Of a stretch of 64,000 bases of DNA, positions 1-10,436 are shown in pieces; position 1 is the stretch's first letter, and every line of letters starts with the position of its first letter. Both the position numbers and the translations under genes were made by a program. A model generated the notes under the pieces. It was not told the DNA's origin and ran no database searches. It saw nothing but the letters and a program-made list of their open reading frames with translations. Source of the DNA: a virus (Duplodnaviria; Caudoviricetes); IMG/VR virus record IMGVR_UViG_3300025740_000004, positions 1 through 64,000 of that record; one strand, 5' to 3'.

Positions 1-2913
1 AGAAGCACTTATAGAAGTTCCTTTTAATTGTCCTGTTAAAGTTCCTCCAGATAGTGGTAAATATGCTAATGACGGTAAATCTGAAGAAACCAATGGAGAA
101 CTTGTCAACAACCCTGAAGAATTTGATCGAACAAAACCATTAGCAGAAAGATTTAAAATAGTTACTGGACCACCCATTTCAACAGGTCTTTTTATTGCAT
201 CCGTTCCTAGCCTGATTCTTGATCCGACTTTTTCTATAATTAATGGATAGTCAATTATACTCCCATCAGTGTTTTGATTTACAAAAAGAAACATATGAGT
301 TCCTACAGTAAATCTACCAAATGCCGAAGAATTTATTCCAAAATTTAGTGAACCAGGAATCACTAAATTTTGAGCAGAAATATTTCCAGAAGCACTTATA
401 GACGTTCCTCGCATTTGTCCATAAAGTTGCCCACCAGATAAAGGAAGATAATAATTTGAAATTGGAGGAATGTCTGAAGAGGTTAATTTTCTAAATGTTG
501 GTATAGATGCTGCTCCAGAAATAGACCCTGCTAAAAATGTTCCTGAAGATTGTGCTGAAAGATCTATTGTAAAAGTTCCTGCATTTGTGATAGGAGATCC
601 AGCAATAGAAAAAATTGGATTAGCAGAAAGTCCTACAGATGTCACAGTACCAGTTCCACCAATAATACTTCCAGTTGATACTAATTGATTTCTATAATCT
701 GTAACATCAACAATTCTAGCATAAAAAGGATTTCCAGTATATGATGCATTTGTCTGTACAATTATTCTATATAAAAGTTTAGCTTCTACTATAGGAAAAT
801 CATTAAGTGAAAGAGTTCCTTGGATATTATTATTTTGAGCATTTATTAATGAAGTATCTTGTCTTTGACCTTGAACAGCTATAACAGGTTGATGCATTTC
901 ATCAGTCGCATATATATAATAAGCCACAAAATTATTATTTGAAGTTTCTGTTTGTTTCCAAATAGTCCCAGATAATTCATTAAATGTTACTCTTGTACCT
1001 GCTCCTAAATTTTTATATGGAAAAATAATTGCTGGATCTTTTCTCCAAGTGCCTAGACCATCAGAACCAGATCTATAAAATACTGGAAAATAACCCGGAT
1101 AATTTATTTGTTGTGTGAAATAATTTCCAGAAGATCCTTGCGAGATACTTATTCTTAAATCTTCATCAGAAATTATACCATTAGAAACACCAAAATATGC
1201 AGAAGAATCATTTGATAATGTATATGTAGAATTAAATCCACTTTCGTATCTAGTTCCAAAAGTGTTGTGAAGATATTCATGTGTAGCGCAATCCATAACA
1301 GTCCCATGTCTTTCATCACATAATCCCAAAGACTTAGTTCCTGTCCAATATACAACCGCTACTTGAATCGTTGTTAAAAGATCCCAAGCAATATTATTTA
1401 ATTGACTTAAAACGCCAGCAGAAGAATAATATATAAAATGTAATCCAGAAATATTTGGAATAACTATACTTTCCGTAGTTTTTGTAAATTTATTTCCTCT
1501 ATAATATACATCAAAAGAACTTGTTAAAGCAGATATTGTAAAAGTTCTTGTAGCATCATTAAATAAAATTTTTGTATCAGTTCTGTTTATAAATCCCGTT
1601 GGTTCTTGTAAAATATTTAATAAATCTTTTGGAACTTTTGATTCCAATTGTTGTTGAATATCTGCTGAAACTGCTGAAAGATATCCAAATGTACTTGCAG
1701 AAACGTGATAATAATTTCCAGAACTTCCACCCTGAAGATTTAACAAATTATTATGATTTGATGGAGATCCTGCGGAAGAAACTTTAGAATTTAATTGTTG
1801 CTGAATATCTGCGGAAACTGCGGAAAGATACGAAAAAGTATTTGCAGAAACGTGATAATAATTTCCTACAGATCCTCCTTGAATATTTGCTAAATCATTA
1901 TGGTTTTGTATAGATGTTGTAGAAAATGTTACATCAGCAATATTTTCTACTAATCCAGAAGAAGCATTATATTCTACTATAATTCTAGCAATTAATATAC
2001 AATGCTTTCGTAATACAATTGGTAAATCGCTTCTAGGATTTTCTAATCTCGCATCCGAAATATTATTATACTGATTTAATCCTAATACATAAAAAGTTTG
2101 TTTAATATCACCAATAGATCTATAAAACCATCTAACAGCATATTTATTATTACCAATTGTTTGTAAATTAGTACCATCATCATATTGAGTATTATTATAG
2201 ATTAAATTATCTTGATATAACCAATCCCCACCAGAATGATAAGCTAATGTTAATCTATCTATAGAAGAATCAAATGCTCCAATTTCATTTCTAATAACTC
2301 CAGCATACACATTAGCACTTGTAATTAATACAGTTCTAGGATTTGGTATGATACTTTCGGATAAAATTAATCCACCATCTATAGATTTTCTATATGGAAT
2401 AGTATCTGTAATCGATAAAGATATTTTATTTGGTAATCCTAATGCCTTTGAATCAGTACCTATACTATGAATTTCATTTCCTTGTCTCCAACAACAATAT
2501 ACACAAATAACATTAGATTCATTTATTTGATTTTTATCATTCTCTACATAAAATATAGGAGTTCCAGAATTGTATTTAATGCATATATATTGTTCTGTTC
2601 CATCAGTTAAAGTAAATGTTGCACTCGGTATAGAGTATTCTAAAAGAGTCCCAGTAAAATTATTTGTAGAATATACTCTAGCAGTTGCAGATAAAATTGA
2701 ACAAGTACCATCTCCATTATCTATTAAATCACTTAAAGGGTAAGATGAAATACCAGCATTATCATAATAATTTAAATATCTATAAACTCCATTTTCATCT
2801 ACAGTATATGGTATATTGTCTGTATTAATTGATAGTTTTATAAAATCATTTGGTGCAGCAGAAAGTAAATTCTTTTTCTTTAATTCAATAGCACCTTGAG
2901 AAAAGCCAGCCAT
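1..2913 (-). CDS. Long tail-fibre-like structural protein, 3' end runs off the window (missing from ORF track)
   Basis: ATG at 2913 with GGAG RBS, begins MAGFSQGAIELKKK. Same frame reaches base 1. Fibre motifs YLPLSGGTLTG and YLPLSGGQLYG, and a duplicated GGSxGNYYHVSAxTFxYLSAVSADIQQQL block. Confidence 0.8.
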   Translation of the reverse strand, partial: MAGFSQGAIELKKKNLLSAAPNDFIKLSINTDNIPYTVDENGVYRYLNYYDNAGISSYPLSDLIDNGDGTCSILSATARVYSTNNFTGTLLEYSIPSATFTLTDGTEQYICIKYNSGTPIFYVENDKNQINESNVICVYCCWRQGNEIHSIGTDSKALGLPNKISLSITDTIPYRKSIDGGLILSESIIPNPRTVLITSANVYAGVIRNEIGAFDSSIDRLTLAYHSGGDWLYQDNLIYNNTQYDDGTNLQTIGNNKYAVRWFYRSIGDIKQTFYVLGLNQYNNISDARLENPRSDLPIVLRKHCILIARIIVEYNASSGLVENIADVTFSTTSIQNHNDLANIQGGSVGNYYHVSANTFSYLSAVSADIQQQLNSKVSSAGSPSNHNNLLNLQGGSSGNYYHVSASTFGYLSAVSADIQQQLESKVPKDLLNILQEPTGFINRTDTKILFNDATRTFTISALTSSFDVYYRGNKFTKTTESIVIPNISGLHFIYYSSAGVLSQLNNIAWDLLTTIQVAVVYWTGTKSLGLCDERHGTVMDCATHEYLHNTFGTRYESGFNSTYTLSNDSSAYFGVSNGIISDEDLRISISQGSSGNYFTQQINYPGYFPVFYRSGSDGLGTWRKDPAIIFPYKNLGAGTRVTFNELSGTIWKQTETSNNNFVAYYIYATDEMHQPVIAVQGQRQDTSLINAQNNNIQGTLSLNDFPIVEAKLLYRIIVQTNASYTGNPFYARIVDVTDYRNQLVSTGSIIGGTGTVTSVGLSANPIFSIAGSPITNAGTFTIDLSAQSSGTFLAGSISGAASIPTFRKLTSSDIPPISNYYLPLSGGQLYGQMRGTSISASGNISAQNLVIPGSLNFGINSSAFGRFTVGTHMFLFVNQNTDGSIIDYPLIIEKVGSRIRLGTDAIKRPVEMGGPVTILNLSANGFVRSNSSGLLTSSPLVSSDLPSLAYLPLSGGTLTGQLKGTSISAS

Positions 2914-2977
2914 AATATTCTCCAAAAGGACGCCCGAAGGCAATATCTAGAGTATTTATGATAAATTTATATAAAAG

Positions 2978-3760
2978 TTATTCAGAAACTTCTACATAAG
3001 CAGTTGCAGAAGGATTTATAGAAAACGTCCAATTATAATTTATAGGAGGATTTGCAGATGTCGGTAAACCAGATGTAGAATATGTTTCTTTATCAATATC
3101 AGAATAATGATAATTTGTCTTGATAAATTTAATTATACTTTCTTGGGAAATTGGTCTATGAATAATACCATCAACTTTAAATCTAATTTTAGCTGAGAAA
3201 TATCTAGATTCATCTTCCGCTAAACTTTGTTGTTGATCTATATTAACATCAGTCAATTCTACTCTAAGATTTCTTTCTATATTTAAAAAATCAAACTCTT
3301 TAATTCTTAAATGATTTGTTGGATTAAAATATGCACAAATATTTTCAATTAATTGATATAAATGATCCCAAGATTCTGTATACAATTCTAATGTATAAAA
3401 ATAATCATAAGGAGTTGGAATAACATCTTGCCAAAATTCATCACTATCATATATATTTAAATTCGTATCATACCAAGACCTTATTTCATTAACAGAAGAA
3501 GCTCTATCAGAAGAATAACTTAAATTATCCATAGAAACTTGCATAGAAGGAACTTTAGGATAATATTTTTTTCCAGACTCTTGTTGTAAATTAAACAAAT
3601 ATTCTTTAGAAGCTAATCCAAACTTTATAGGAACTTTTATAATTTTTTCTACTGTATTAGATGTGCCTGATGTATAATTGTACACATACATATCATTAAA
3701 AAAATCTAAGAATGCTACTAAGATTTTTCTAGATATTCTACAATAGTAAAAAATTTCCAT
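2978..3760 (-). CDS. gp15: Tail completion / sheath terminator, T4 gp15-like
   Basis: LVAFLDFFNDM..IKVPIKFG..K, P.PYD..Y.L and QLIENICAYFNP match gp15 family motifs. Confidence 0.8.
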   Translation of the reverse strand: MEIFYYCRISRKILVAFLDFFNDMYVYNYTSGTSNTVEKIIKVPIKFGLASKEYLFNLQQESGKKYYPKVPSMQVSMDNLSYSSDRASSVNEIRSWYDTNLNIYDSDEFWQDVIPTPYDYFYTLELYTESWDHLYQLIENICAYFNPTNHLRIKEFDFLNIERNLRVELTDVNIDQQQSLAEDESRYFSAKIRFKVDGIIHRPISQESIIKFIKTNYHYSDIDKETYSTSGLPTSANPPINYNWTFSINPSATAYVEVSE

Positions 3761-3762
3761 TC

Positions 3763-4149
3763 TTACCCACCAAAAACCTTGGATAAAATATTCCCGACAT
3801 TTACCCCAAGAACTGTAAACAAAGCCAATAGAGCCATCGCAGTGACGAATACAGATACTGTAGCAGTAGAAGCAATAAAAGAAATTTCAGATACTTGTAT
3901 TTTCCAAGTTTTTATCTTACTTTCTTTATCTTTCTTATCTACTTCTAATACACCAATTCTATTTTCATGGTTTTCAATTTTATTCTCGAAATCTTTATTG
4001 TTAAGTTTTGTCTCAGTTTTAAAAGAAGAAACTTCATCTTTAATATCATCAAGTTTTTTGTTTATTTGCTCGAAAAATTTGGTGAGTAAGTCTGTAGACA
4101 ATTGAGTATCCTCGTATTTATTATTATTTATATTTGTTTTGTCAGTCAT
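3763..4149 (-). CDS. Coiled-coil protein with C-terminal transmembrane segment (possible holin-like)
   Basis: IENHENRIGVLE coiled coil followed by a long hydrophobic C-terminus. Confidence 0.45.
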   Translation of the reverse strand: MTDKTNINNNKYEDTQLSTDLLTKFFEQINKKLDDIKDEVSSFKTETKLNNKDFENKIENHENRIGVLEVDKKDKESKIKTWKIQVSEISFIASTATVSVFVTAMALLALFTVLGVNVGNILSKVFGG

Positions 4150-4154
4150 AAAAC

Positions 4155-4547
4155 TTAATCCTTATCAAAAGTTTCTAATTTATCATAATAGTCTGGAAGT
4201 TTCTTTATATGATCCAATGCTATTATCTTTGCAATTTCTCTATCTTTAGTGTGTTCATATTCATGTTCAATACCTTTTTCTAATTGCTTCCTATCAAAAT
4301 CAAATTCATCATCTCTATATAAAAAGTTATTAAATATTTCTGCAATTTTTAAATATAAATCTGTAATACCAATACCATTATCTTTAGCAAATCTTTCTAA
4401 ACCATCCTCAGAAACTTCTTTAGTATTCATAAAAGTTATTATATTATGTTTTAATAAAGCTTCTTTGTCTTTAGCTTCTTGAATCGAATTTGTTTTCTCT
4501 GTTAAAAATTTGTTAAACTTACTCATTATACTCTCCATTAAAACCAA
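4155..4547 (-). CDS. Phage protein with DUF5661-like domain
   Basis: QLEKGIEHEYEHTKDREIAKIIALDHIKKLPDYYDKL motif. Confidence 0.65.
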   Translation of the reverse strand: MVLMESIMSKFNKFLTEKTNSIQEAKDKEALLKHNIITFMNTKEVSEDGLERFAKDNGIGITDLYLKIAEIFNNFLYRDDEFDFDRKQLEKGIEHEYEHTKDREIAKIIALDHIKKLPDYYDKLETFDKD

Positions 4548-5221
4548 TCATTAAAAGGATCTCTAGGCGAACATTCCGAAATAGTTGGCTTATATACTAT
4601 CCCTTCTTTATATTCATTTATAAACTGACCAATATTAAATATATCTTCATTTCCTACATATTGACTTAAATCATTAAAATCTCCAGATGTACTAGGATTA
4701 AATGAAAAAGATTTGTCTCTGTAAACTTTAACAACAAAATCATATGAATGTTGATGTTGTAAAAACTGTTCCTCTTGCATTTTTACAGATATAATTTCAT
4801 AAAACATATTGTTATAATCTGTAGAAAGAAAATCTCCAACTCTAGGAATATATGAAGGATATGCAGAAGTTCCAGAAAAATCAAATTTAGAAGCTGTATT
4901 AAAATGTCTGATAGAAGCATATATATGAAATACATCAGTCCAACCAATTCCACCATTATTAAAAGTTCTGGTTTCTTTTGGTAAATCAAAATATGTCATT
5001 AATTTAAATCTTCGTTCAAATCTTCTATTATTATCTTCACCAAAAAGCTTATCATAATTTGTATTAAATGTTGTCACAATATACGAACAACAAACACCAT
5101 GTTTATTATATCCCTCAGTAATTAATAAATCATATAATAATCTTTCATTATCATAATTTGGATTGAAATGATTAAAATATACATCACTTGGTAATCTGGT
5201 AAAATAATCAAAATTAGCCAT
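4538..5221 (-). CDS. gp14: Neck / head-completion protein, T4 gp14-like (paralogue B)
   Basis: ERLLYDLLITEGYNKHG, DKLFGED, PRVGDFL, YEIISV motifs. Start refined to MANFDY (5221) from the paralogue start and an upstream late-promoter box. Confidence 0.7.
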   Translation of the reverse strand: MANFDYFTRLPSDVYFNHFNPNYDNERLLYDLLITEGYNKHGVCCSYIVTTFNTNYDKLFGEDNNRRFERRFKLMTYFDLPKETRTFNNGGIGWTDVFHIYASIRHFNTASKFDFSGTSAYPSYIPRVGDFLSTDYNNMFYEIISVKMQEEQFLQHQHSYDFVVKVYRDKSFSFNPSTSGDFNDLSQYVGNEDIFNIGQFINEYKEGIVYKPTISECSPRDPFNDWF

Positions 5222-5300
5222 ACTTATATTTATTAAAAAATTATTCAAAAAGAAAAGGACTCATTTTACTGAATCCTTTCTAAATATTTTCAAAAAATTT

Positions 5301-5609
5301 TTAAATCTTCTTAGGTCTTCCTCTACCACGTTTTTGTTCATTTAATGGAATCAATCCACGATCAATTTCTTCAGATTCAAAAAAACCATCATTCGAATTC
5401 TCTGTTTCAAATAGTTCAGAATCTCTTTCACCAACTCCTCTTACCAAACGACTCTCAGAAACTAATGGAATTAATGTCCCAGCATAAGCCCCATTCTCTA
5501 ATCCTTCTGGCATATTTGGTGTAAGCCCCTGTGGTTGAATTATATATCTCTCATTCAAAACAGTATTAACAATTTCTATAGCAAATGGTCTAATATTCTT
5601 GTAAATCAT
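5301..5609 (-). CDS. Hypothetical protein with C-terminal AT-hook-like motif
   Basis: Ends KRGRGRPKKI. AGGAG RBS. Confidence 0.6.
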   Translation of the reverse strand: MIYKNIRPFAIEIVNTVLNERYIIQPQGLTPNMPEGLENGAYAGTLIPLVSESRLVRGVGERDSELFETENSNDGFFESEEIDRGLIPLNEQKRGRGRPKKI

Positions 5610-5953
5610 TTCAATTCTCCTTTAATATCTTCAATGTAATCTCTCAACTCTTTATATTTATTATGCTTATTGTTTAAATTATTTTTCTTCTCAACTTCAG
5701 AAATCAATTCAGATAAATTTCCCATATTCTTGAAAATAATTTCCGCAAAAGACTTTCTTAATTTCTCGTCTAATATTTTTATTGTAATCGAATAAAACTT
5801 CTTTAAAACTCTGTTGTGAAAATCTTTAGAATAATCTATCTTGTTACCTTTACGAACTTGATTAAATTTTCTTATCTCATCACTTGAAGGAATATATTTA
5901 ATATCATCACTTTCTAAAATTGTTTTTAAGAAATAAATTTGCGAAAACTTCAT
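5606..5953 (-). CDS. Hypothetical protein
   Basis: ORF in operon orientation with ATAAATA box 7 nt upstream. Confidence 0.6.
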   Translation of the reverse strand: MKFSQIYFLKTILESDDIKYIPSSDEIRKFNQVRKGNKIDYSKDFHNRVLKKFYSITIKILDEKLRKSFAEIIFKNMGNLSELISEVEKKNNLNNKHNKYKELRDYIEDIKGELK

Positions 5954-5959
5954 ATGGAA

Positions 5960-7150
5960 TTATTTATTATGAAACGATGATTTAGATTCTTTCACATAAG
6001 CAAATTTATCATTACCTAAATCAATTTCTTTTTTCATCTTCATTCGTATGTTCTTTCTAGCTTTACCAATCATTCTAGAACATTCTGAAATAGATTCGTA
6101 ATAAACACCATCATATAAAATACCTTTACCAAAATATTCTTTCAAAGTCTGTTTAGTCTCTTCTGTATGATGCTTTCCGAAAAATGAATTCTTTTCTCCC
6201 ATCTTACATTCTGATAGATATCGCATAAGTTCTTCAGACGCTCTTTCTGGTTTAAATTTTATTTTATCAATATGAATTTCTCGTTCTTCATCAGTCAAAG
6301 AATCATAGAAAATTTTCAAACCGATAGAAATATTCTTTTTATGATCTTCTTTTAATGGAACGTCTTTAAATAATGATCTAAGATATTCTTTATTTTCTTC
6401 TGTATGATGCTTACCAAACATGTAATGATCTTCACCACGTTTATGATTTTTAAAATATTCTTCCTTTTCTTCTTCTGTCATATTTTTGTGAAGTTCTAAC
6501 AATGCATTAGAAATTTTTTCTTTATGTTCTTCTGAAAATTCATGAGTTTTCCAATAACCATCATTAGTTTCGTAAAATTTTTTCATACTTATAGATATTA
6601 TTTCTTTTCGTTCATCAGACATAGGACCAAAAATTCTACCCTTATTAGAACCATCATGTGTTTTATAATATTCTATAGCTCTATTAGACATTTCTTTTAG
6701 CGCTTCTGGATGATCTATATAATATTGTTTCATATACAAAGACATAACATCTTTAAATTCTGGATTATCTTCATGAAATTTCTTCATTCTTTTAGATATA
6801 TCATCTCGCATTTCTTGTGTATAAACTCTTTGTTTATTAAGTTCTCCAAATTGTTTTCTAACTTCATCAAACTCTTTAGAATTTTTTATATCTCTCAATC
6901 CATTATCATAAGTACACATACAAAAATATCCAAGAAATAATTTTCTATCATCTGGATACGCTTTATGTAAAAGTTTATGTGCTAAGAAATGTTCTCTACC
7001 AGTTAATAAAACCAAGTTAGATTTATGATTAGATCCTCCCTTACATTTCGGTATGATGTGATGTTTTTCGTAATATATTCCTTTATTTTTCTTTCTATTT
7101 TGTTTTTTAGCATTTTCAATTATTTCATCATATATTCTTTGATAATTCAT
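5960..7150 (-). CDS. Free-standing HNH homing endonuclease with NUMOD3-type repeats
   Basis: YEKHHIIPKCKGGSNHKSNLVLLTGREHFLAH and repeated FGKHHTEE.K / SEEHKEKIS motifs. Confidence 0.85.
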   Translation of the reverse strand: MNYQRIYDEIIENAKKQNRKKNKGIYYEKHHIIPKCKGGSNHKSNLVLLTGREHFLAHKLLHKAYPDDRKLFLGYFCMCTYDNGLRDIKNSKEFDEVRKQFGELNKQRVYTQEMRDDISKRMKKFHEDNPEFKDVMSLYMKQYYIDHPEALKEMSNRAIEYYKTHDGSNKGRIFGPMSDERKEIISISMKKFYETNDGYWKTHEFSEEHKEKISNALLELHKNMTEEEKEEYFKNHKRGEDHYMFGKHHTEENKEYLRSLFKDVPLKEDHKKNISIGLKIFYDSLTDEEREIHIDKIKFKPERASEELMRYLSECKMGEKNSFFGKHHTEETKQTLKEYFGKGILYDGVYYESISECSRMIGKARKNIRMKMKKEIDLGNDKFAYVKESKSSFHNK

Positions 7151-7189
7151 TTTTACATATTTTTCCTTTGTTATTTTTGTTTAGAAACT

Positions 7190-7214
7190 AAAAAGAGCCT
7201 ATTTCTAGACTCTT
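7190..7214 (-). terminator. Intrinsic terminator after major capsid gene
   Basis: Minus strand AAGAGTCTAG-AAA-TAGGCTCTT followed by a T run. Confidence 0.55.
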
Positions 7215-7216
7215 AT

Positions 7217-7245
7217 ATCTTCCAATATTTAATTTAACTTGTCAA
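7217..7245 (-). promoter_or_regulatory. Sigma70-like promoter with conserved ATTAAA spacer element (HNH gene)
   Basis: TTGAC-aagttaa-ATTAAA-tattg-GAAGAT. Confidence 0.7.
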
Positions 7246-7279
7246 GAACTTTTTAGGTTCTTTAGATTAAATTTATAAC

Positions 7280-8569
7280 TTATGCACCAATAACCTTATC
7301 AAGATTGGTAAACTTGATGGTTCTGTAATATCTACCAGCACCAAGTAATGAGTCAGTAATTGCGTAGCGCGAGAGGACGCCCACGTTCACCCCGAAGTCA
7401 TCGGGTCGAACTGCTTTATTAGTTAATCCGGTGATATAGTCAGAGAGAATAATACCAGTATCATTAATACCAGGACCTTTATATCCTAGAAGTGCATAAT
7501 CAATAGGAGCCTGACTATCACGATAAACAGTCATTGTACCATTAATCTTACCAATTTCAGTAACAGTTGTAGACGCATTTACATCAGCAGTATTAGCTGT
7601 GAACTGGGGACTGCACGATTGTAAGGCGGTAGCAACTCTGTTGGAAACGATGACGAACGTAGCTGCACCACGGAAAGTTGCTTGAGCAATTTCATTTGAT
7701 ACTTGAGTAATAACGTTTATAATGTTACTAAACTTTTCTTGACTCCAGCGCCCGTCTGAGCCGCTGCAATCGTGCAAGTAGTAAGCGCGGCCGCCAATTG
7801 CCGTATTAACAGAAGCTTGCATCATTCTACCAATAATTTCTCTATCTCTTTCAGCAGGAATTTCAGCAGCAAGAATTTCTAACATTTCTCGTTCGATATC
7901 AATATTCTGCATTGACTTAAGATCTTGTGCAGCTTCAAGTGAGAACGATGCGGCAAGTTTACGAGTCTTGGCTTCAATAGCAACCTTGTCCATGAATAGA
8001 CGAAGGGATGGCATTGTAGTACCAATCTTCCAAGCTTGAGCAGCAGAAGTAACAGCACCAGTACCAAACATACCAAAAGCTGAAGAAGTTGGATCATAAA
8101 TTGCAGAAGTAGGAGTGGTTAGAGCAGATCCTGCTTGTGAACCAGTATATCCAGAATATTCATTCATCGCACGGAAAGCAGCTTCGTAAGAATCGGATCC
8201 GCCGAGATATGAACTTGGACCAGGAAGACCAGGAATGTCATAAACCTTACGGAGAGCATAAGCTAAACCGACGGGGCCTTGCATAGTCTGGAAACCGATA
8301 CACTTGTGTGCAAAGTGTTCGTAATAACTTCTACGAACAAGTGCAAGAGTGATTGGTGAGAATCGAGCGCCATCACCACCATTTGAACCGAAGTTTGTGA
8401 CGCCAGTATCTGATTCGAAAAGATCTCCGGTATTTGCAGTCATTTGGTTTTCTAAAAGAACTGCCATATTCATTCTGAGATCGGCATCTGGGATAGAAGC
8501 TACTGAAAGCTTTCCCTTAACATTCATCCATTTTTCTAGGATTTGTTGAGCATTTTTTACATTATCCAT
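7280..8569 (-). CDS. gp23: Major capsid protein, T4 gp23-like
   Basis: AVLLENQ, LVRR, GFQTMQGPVGLAYALR, IEAKTRKL, SLEAAQDLKS, EIPAERDREII, VLSRYAI. Confidence 0.95.
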   Translation of the reverse strand: MDNVKNAQQILEKWMNVKGKLSVASIPDADLRMNMAVLLENQMTANTGDLFESDTGVTNFGSNGGDGARFSPITLALVRRSYYEHFAHKCIGFQTMQGPVGLAYALRKVYDIPGLPGPSSYLGGSDSYEAAFRAMNEYSGYTGSQAGSALTTPTSAIYDPTSSAFGMFGTGAVTSAAQAWKIGTTMPSLRLFMDKVAIEAKTRKLAASFSLEAAQDLKSMQNIDIEREMLEILAAEIPAERDREIIGRMMQASVNTAIGGRAYYLHDCSGSDGRWSQEKFSNIINVITQVSNEIAQATFRGAATFVIVSNRVATALQSCSPQFTANTADVNASTTVTEIGKINGTMTVYRDSQAPIDYALLGYKGPGINDTGIILSDYITGLTNKAVRPDDFGVNVGVLSRYAITDSLLGAGRYYRTIKFTNLDKVIGA

Positions 8570-8602
8570 TTTATATCTCTCCTTAAGAGTTGTTAAAATT
8601 AT

Positions 8603-9580
8603 TTATTTAATTAAGCGATTTATTTTTTCCAGATTTACCAAACTAATTTCAGAACCATTTTCATCATCATCTTCTGCATTTTCTTGAATGGTTTCTGATT
8701 CTTCTTCTATATCTAGATCAGCAAAGATATCTTCATTTAATGATTGTTTCTTTGAAGTTTTTTTAGAACCTTTTGCTGGAGTGTCTATAAAATCCATTTC
8801 AGATTCGTTTAAGACATCTACGAAGGTATCAATTTTAGCATTTACTTCATCAAAAGATTTTCCTTCAAACATAGAAATAACTCTTGACTTTTGTTTTTCA
8901 GTTAATCCATCACATTTTGAAGCAATGAGTAAACCAGTTTTAAGTGTATCTACTTTAGCTTGTAATTGAATTTTTTCTGAAATTGATTCATTCAGTTTTG
9001 ATTCAGTAAGTTTAACTTTTTCTTGAGCTTCCTTGATTTGTTTTTCACCATCTTGAGGAAGTGCTACTAAGTTATTTTCGAAAAGACTTAAGATACCCGT
9101 GATAATAGGTTCATGAGCTTTATACTTAGCAACTGATTCAAAAATCTCATCTGAAATCTTTGAAGTAATTTCTAACTCTAAGAACTTATCAAGATTTTCA
9201 AGAACTGATTCCTCTAATGATTGAATCTTTTCTTCAAACTTTTCATCAAGCTCTTTATTCTTTAGTTCTACAGCTTCATCAATCTTTTCTTGAACATATT
9301 TTTCAGCAAGAGTTTGTAATTGTTCTGTAGCAACTTCCTTAAACTCTTTTACCTTTGCTTCATACTCTTCATTAAGTTTTGCCTTCTCAGTTTCTAAACG
9401 GTTTTTGACTTCCATTTCACAAAACTCTTCGGCAAGTTCTTCAAGTCTAAGCTTTTCCTCTTCTACAATCATCTCAACTCTGATCTTAGCCTTTTCCTCA
9501 ATTAAACTCTGAATAGACTCTTCAATAGAAGCATACTGTTCAGGAGTTAACGAGTCTTTAAATGTATCTAATACTTTCAT
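8603..9580 (-). CDS. gp22: Prohead core scaffold protein, T4 gp22-like
   Basis: Acidic coiled coil between protease and capsid, with DGLTEKQKSRV motif. GGAG RBS before MKVLDT at 9580. Confidence 0.8.
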   Translation of the reverse strand: MKVLDTFKDSLTPEQYASIEESIQSLIEEKAKIRVEMIVEEEKLRLEELAEEFCEMEVKNRLETEKAKLNEEYEAKVKEFKEVATEQLQTLAEKYVQEKIDEAVELKNKELDEKFEEKIQSLEESVLENLDKFLELEITSKISDEIFESVAKYKAHEPIITGILSLFENNLVALPQDGEKQIKEAQEKVKLTESKLNESISEKIQLQAKVDTLKTGLLIASKCDGLTEKQKSRVISMFEGKSFDEVNAKIDTFVDVLNESEMDFIDTPAKGSKKTSKKQSLNEDIFADLDIEEESETIQENAEDDDENGSEISLVNLEKINRLIK

Positions 9581-9711
9581 CTTTTTCTCCCCATTAAGGT
9601 TATGAAAATATTTAGTCAATTTGAAAAATAAATTTTTATACTGGGAAATTTTTTTGGAAAGAGATTAATAAATAGGAAATAAAATTAGTTTTAGAATATC
9701 TTGATTAAAAT

Positions 9712-9743
9712 AAAAATGACCAACTTTTAGTTTGGTCATTTTT
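9712..9743. terminator. Hairpin flanked by A and T runs
   Basis: AAAAATGACCAA...TTGGTCATTTTT. Confidence 0.55.
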
Positions 9744-9761
9744 GAAATATTTAAAGTCTTT

Positions 9762-10421
9762 TTATATTTTTCTAGAGAGACTTTTTAGAAAATTATTTAA
9801 ATCTTCATATAAATTCCTGGTACCATTCTTAGAAAGATTCTTATTAAATTCTTCCATATTAATTGCTACTAATTTATCATCTTGAATTATATACTCTTGA
9901 TTTTCTAAAATACTTTCTACAAATGCAATTTGACAACTAGGGTCTGATACTATGTCAGCCGTCAAAAATTTGTAGTTATTTCCTACGTTACCCAGGCTGT
10001 CGAGTGAGCCAACCCCCCTTGTACTGACAGCTAATTGAATTTTAGCATCAATTAGAACTTTAACATTTCTACCATAAGGTTGTGTGTCAAGTATTTCTGC
10101 TTTTCCGTAAACAATATTATTATCAATTTTCATTTCAGTTATAACGTGAGACGCTTCTGATGCTAATACCGTAGACTCCAATTTTGGATGATCGCAACGT
10201 CCGAGGGCTCGTCTAGTATTGACTTTTTCTTTAACGAATCTATTAATTTCTGGTATTATAACTTCGGCTTCATATATTCTTCCATTGCGATTTTTTTTAG
10301 ATAATTCCATGAAGGGACCAGATATGAAATATTTTTTGGAAGATATATCACCCTGACCTTCAGTTAAATATTCTAAATCATCATATCCAGTCATTTCTAT
10401 CAATAGTTTTCCAGGAGTCAT
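9762..10421 (-). CDS. gp21: Prohead protease, T4 gp21-like
   Basis: KNRNGRIY, ALGRCDHP, SHVIT, AVSTRGVGS, ADIVSDPS. Confidence 0.93.
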   Translation of the reverse strand: MTPGKLLIEMTGYDDLEYLTEGQGDISSKKYFISGPFMELSKKNRNGRIYEAEVIIPEINRFVKEKVNTRRALGRCDHPKLESTVLASEASHVITEMKIDNNIVYGKAEILDTQPYGRNVKVLIDAKIQLAVSTRGVGSLDSLGNVGNNYKFLTADIVSDPSCQIAFVESILENQEYIIQDDKLVAINMEEFNKNLSKNGTRNLYEDLNNFLKSLSRKI

Positions 10422-10436
10422 TTCCTATACTCCTTC

